From Octopus vulgaris (taxonomy: Eukaryota), in contig OX597824.1 in assembly GCA_951406725.2 (NCBI GenBank), forward strand, positions 67,456,001 to 67,520,000: a DNA stretch of 64,000 bases. Direction: 5' to 3'. A program made the translations under genes and the position numbers. Below are positions 59,418-64,000 of the stretch, piece by piece (position 1 is the stretch's first letter; each line of letters opens with the position of its first letter). The notes beneath the pieces are model-generated. The model worked only from the letters and a program-made list of their open reading frames with translations, was not told where the DNA came from and searched no databases.

Positions 59418-61121
59418 CAAAGTACAAAGTAGCACGGCATACACATCGTCGCTTAGATAAATGCTTCCTACAGCATACTTAACTCATTTCAGTTATAATT
59501 GTTTAAAATTCGTCAATAGCTTACCCACGTTAGATTCAAGTTGCTGCAATTAAAATACTTAGCAAAATTCAGACATGCTAAAGGAAGCCAGAATTATGCT
59601 ATTACAATACGAAGTATATCATTGTGTATGTTCCAGTACATTCGCTCTTGTATACGATACTTGTATTCCTAATGGTAAAATCTACACACCGGAAAGAAGA
59701 TTCCTGCTCTCAGTTTTCAAACACACAGAATAAACATCTTGAACCTGTAAATGGAATTGTCTCAGATGAGGAATACTAACGTATGGAAAGTGAGAATATA
59801 AATGCCTTCTGTTAGTTTCACCATTACAATGCAGAGAGCCTGTGATTGACCTGATAGACGTCAACTCAAGTGTCCAGAGAGGCAATTTTTTCTTGAATGC
59901 ATGATATAAATATATATATATTTCTGTCAGAAAAAGTTTAAACAATTTACCTATATTTGAGTAATACTGAATGTCAAATTTCGGTATATAATGAAGAGCC
60001 GTTATATAATTCGTACAAGGAATATTACTGCTCAGTTTGAATGATACTTTAAATGCATGGTTCCTTCTTTTTCTTTTGTTGAACATACCAGTCTTCTCTC
60101 TCAAAACCATTCTTCCTTCTCTACAGTGAACTGCTCTCTCTCTCTCTCTTCTGCAACCATTTTATTTTACTGTTTTTATTACATCAAGGTTTTCCAAGCT
60201 GAAATCATTCTTCTGCAAAAGTAACATTTTGTTCTATACAAATGGTTCTACTGCAAGGGTTCTCAACCGAGGTCCATATAAGATTTTTGGGAGTCCACAG
60301 ATGCAATATATATTCATATTGTAAGTAACAGTGGCGTGGCTAATAGGGTAATGATCGCTGTCCTCGAGCACATTTTTCAAAATTGGCGCCTTCTATAAAA
60401 CGTATGAGTCGAAAAATTTTTGGTATGTATCATGGTACCTTTTTTATGTGTTCGCTTACCCTAAGTTTAGAACTTGGCGACGCTTCTGCTTACCCATCTC
60501 CCAGTTGTTTCAATATGCGGCTGTAATTTTAAACTTCTAAATGTCCGAATGAGTATGTATTAGAAACAAACACTCTTTTATATATAGGTAAAAATAACGA
60601 AAAAATACATTATTATATAAATAAATAAAATAAATGCGCCCTTTTAAAGCCTAAGCAGGTTCATGGGCCCGTTTTCCCGGTTTCAATGGCGTATGTGTTC
60701 CCCAGCTAGACGGGACGCCAGTCCATCGCATGCCAGCTGAGTGGACTGAACACAACGCGTCACCAGGTCCAGGAATCGAAACCACAATCTTACGATCATG
60801 ATGCTGACACCCTAACAACTTAGCCACGCATCTCCACGCGTTATTATATACAAAAACAAAAAAAAACATTATTCGAGAAAAACAATTATAAATTTTAACA
60901 AAAGCAACAAAAAACCCCCGTATATTTTGGTGAGAATACTTGAAAATATAGTCTTAAGTTACATATCAACAAAAACTTAAAAGTCAGGAGCATGAGAACA
61001 ACGTTTATAAGTTGAGTATAGTCGATTAAAATTTCTCAGTAATTTGACTTCTACGTAAATTCATTAACCCATGAAGGTGACAGCCAAAGTTGATGAAAGT
61101 GGAATTTAACTCAGTGTAGAC

Positions 61122-61342
61122 ACTCTTTTACTCTTTTACTTGTTTCAGTCATTTGACTGTGGCCATGCTGGAGCATCGCCTTTAGTCGAGCAAATCGACC
61201 CCAGGACTTATTCTTTGTAAGCCTAGTACTTTTTCTGTCGGTCTCTTTTGCCGAACCGCTGAATTAAGGGGACGTAAACACACCAGCATCGGTTGTCAAG
61301 CGATTTGGGGAGACAAACACAGACACACAAACATATACACAC

Positions 61343-61415
<73 letters not shown>

Positions 61416-61451
61416 TACATACATACATACATACATACATACATACATACA

Positions 61452-61487
<36 letters not shown>

Positions 61488-61731
61488 TATATATAACGGG
61501 AAGCTTTATGAAAATAGACAAAAGACGAAGGTAGGTTTACGGAAATAAACAAAAGACGAAGGCAGGTGGAATACAAACAAACAATTGCATTAGTATGGCG
61601 CTCAGGAAATATAAATAAAACAAGTCTTTAACGTTTCGAGCCTACGCTCTTCAACAGAAAGATACACAGAGAAGAAACACAGAAAGAAGGAGAGAAAAAA
61701 AATGCGTGCAGAGGCTAGCGAATCAACATGG

Positions 61732-61777
<46 letters not shown>

Positions 61778-61930
61778 GACGGGCTTCTTTCAGTTTCTGT
61801 CTACCAAATTCACTCACAAGGCTTTGGTCGGCCCGAGGCTATTGTAGAAGACTTGCCCAAGGTGCCACGCAGTGGGACTGAACCCGGAACGACGTGGTTC
61901 GTAAGCAAGCTACTTACCACACAGCCACTC
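61122..61930 (-). mobile_element. tRNA-derived SINE split by an insertion into its internal microsatellite
   Basis: Head at 61776-61930 and tail at 61122-61340, the reverse complement of the 46424 family. Confidence 0.85.
61494..61732. mobile_element. Short non-autonomous repeat inserted in the internal (TA)n of a SINE
   Basis: Same family as 1823-2030, with an internal duplication of the acaaaagacgaagg segment. Confidence 0.65.
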
Positions 61931-62198
61931 GACTGTTTTGCTTTGCGTTCTATATTTCACTTTGTTATCTATGAATTTGAATAATCTTATGCATCAGTAA
62001 CTGCATTCGGATCACGTAATACTACGACGAGAAATATAAATGACTTTCAACAGAGCAGAAGTAAAATAATTTTTTGATATTATTTTATATTGTTGATAAG
62101 CCAGTCTAATCAACAGTTAAACATGCACACACATATAGATAGGTACAGATACATACGTGTATGTTTATATGCGTATAAACCATAAAATGTCAGGACGT

Positions 62199-62543
62199 AT
62201 GAGAGTTGACTATATTTATTTAACCTCTTATCCCTTGGATTACAGCCGTTTCGCAGCCTTCTTCATGAAATAATAATTTCAGTGTATAATAAATGACACT
62301 TATATGCCATACATGCTACACATACACAATACAATTGTATATTCACAAATCAGTGCAGATAAAGGAAGTTAGCTGCATTGAATTGCGACTATACAAGTGT
62401 ATTGTGTAATGTGTAGCATGCATATTAGTGCAGACGTCTAAACATAATTTACTAGACACTGAAATTATTATACGATGAAGGCTGCGAAACGACCGTATTT
62501 CCAACGATAACAATTGGTTGAATAAATATATTCGCCTCTCATA
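62199..62543. repeat. Old degenerate palindrome (arms about 165 bp)
   Basis: gtttcgcagccttc/gaaggctgcgaaac, taataatttcagtgt/acactgaaattatta and catgctacaca/tgtgtagcatg are mirrored about 62365. Confidence 0.85.
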
Positions 62544-62744
62544 TCTCCAAATAGTTTATGGTTATACTCCTTATGAAATGGTTTCATCGATCGGAGCTGC
62601 TGGATTTCTGAAGTGTAGATCTCTGCATTATACTCCTCTGTATTGTATTACTACGTTGTTTGTTAGCCGAGTCCGCGGGAGGGGCTTTCTGTAATAGCCA
62701 CACGATTCTATGAATCCATATATTACACTACAAATTTATGTATA

Positions 62745-64000
62745 ACTTATCAGCTAATAAGAGTATTTTCAAACTAAATGAAGGCTACTAAAACTTAGCA
62801 CTTATGAAGGCGGGATATAATGATAAAATAAAGTTTAATAAGTCGAATAACTGATTTAAACAGCGATTTTAATAAGTCAAATCTAAAATCTAGTACTATA
62901 AATAAATCTACTTATAAGAAAAATAGTAATGGAAATTTAAATTCAAATATAGAAGTTAATAATAAATTAACAATAGTAGACGATTTTAATAGAGAAAATA
63001 ATCAAATGAACGATTATAAAAATTCAGACAAAAGGGAAAGTTTTAAGATAGTTGATAACCGAGTTAAAAATTTTCGTACTGCTGATAGAAATGAGGATGT
63101 AGTATTCTCTAATAGAATCTCGAATTCAGCTAAAATATTTAAAGGTAAAATAAACGCTAACTTTAACATAGATCGAAATCAAGGAATACTTACTCCTTCG
63201 AAAAACTGGTATAAATATTAAGATTATGATTCTAACTCGAAAAATATTTTATGGTAAACAAGCAAATTATCATTTTTCCAAATTGTTCAATATAGCAAAT
63301 GAAAAAAAACAAAAACATTTCCAATGAATCATAAATATAAAAATCCTAATAAACATAAAATCCGTATGGCTTATTGTAACAGCAGAAAAATAGCACAAAT
63401 TATAGCGACTCGTCTGAGTCTGAGACCCCCTTCGGTTACGACACTGACCATGGGATTGTACCTAGAAAGTTACCCTCCCAGGCACAAGTCCGGGCAAGGT
63501 TGTTTATGGAAGACCAGCAGTCGCCCATACATACCGGCCTCCCCTCTCCACTCCACCAGTGTTATCCAAGGGAAAGGCAAGGGCCGATACAGCTTGGCAC
63601 CTGTGACGTCGCAACTCATTTCTACAGCTGAGTGGACTGGAGCAGCGTGAAATAAAGCGTCTTGCTCAAGAACACGACACGCAGCCCGGTCCGGGATTCG
63701 ATCCCACAACCTCACGATCGTAAGCTCGACGCTCTAACCACTGAGCCATGCGCCTTCACTAGCAACTCATAACGTAAAAGTAATATTGAAATTTCAAAAA
63801 AGTTATTATAATCAGAGTAGCATAGTAAATATTCAGAATAATATAACATCAAACGGAATAAAGAAACTCAAATAGAAGAGAACACCAACAATTTAAAAGT
63901 CGCTGAAAGAGAAACAACCAGAATTAACATAGTTTATAACGTAGGATCGAATAAAAATTCAGCTCAAAATAAAACAATGATAACGTTAACTAAAAGAGTA
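62745..64000 (+). mobile_element. Degenerate Penelope-like fragment interrupted by a SINE
   Basis: SANKSIF...LALMKAGY and FPMNHKY...IRMAYCNSRKIAQIIA/THN resemble the PLE post-RT linker. The frame resumes after the SINE. Confidence 0.5.
63412..63759 (-). mobile_element. tRNA-derived SINE of a third family, with TSD
   Basis: Head gtgaaggcgcatggctcagtggttagagcg...ggatcgaatccc; TSD tagcgactc/tagcaactc. Degenerate relatives at about 12586-12886, 37640-37920 and 60645-60838. Confidence 0.85.

Noticed and set aside
63690-63759. tRNA-like sequence (also at 46424, 57464, 61860-61930)
   Set aside because: It has A/B boxes but continues into SINE bodies and has no complete acceptor stem, so these are SINE heads, not tRNA genes.

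Overview
AT-rich, microsatellite-dense eukaryotic DNA. The SINE and Penelope-type repeats look like those of octopus (cephalopod) genomes; this is recognition from memory, not a database result. Most ORFs in the supplied track are artefacts of (TA)n/(TACA)n/(TATC)n/(CTT)n repeats. Host-gene content I can support: four paralogous first coding exons of an SLC22/organic-cation-transporter-like MFS gene on the minus strand (2572-2710, 5881-6019, 9699-9837, 20380-20548). Each has 139 nt from the aligned Met to a phase-1 GTGAGT donor, and I saw no downstream exons between them. Two late SLC22-like exons lie on the plus strand (56565-56685, 58269-58341), and their default junction creates a TGA. The rest is transposon-derived: a disrupted Tx1-clade LINE and three 5'-truncated relatives embedded in (TATC)n, Penelope-like elements, Tc1/mariner, hAT, MITEs, RTE-like and Helitron remnants, and many tRNA-derived SINEs. 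There are also many fold-back palindromes (one about 5.7 kb, one nested four-arm), several tied to hammerhead-ribozyme-like motifs. Repeat boundaries are approximate because they were read by eye.
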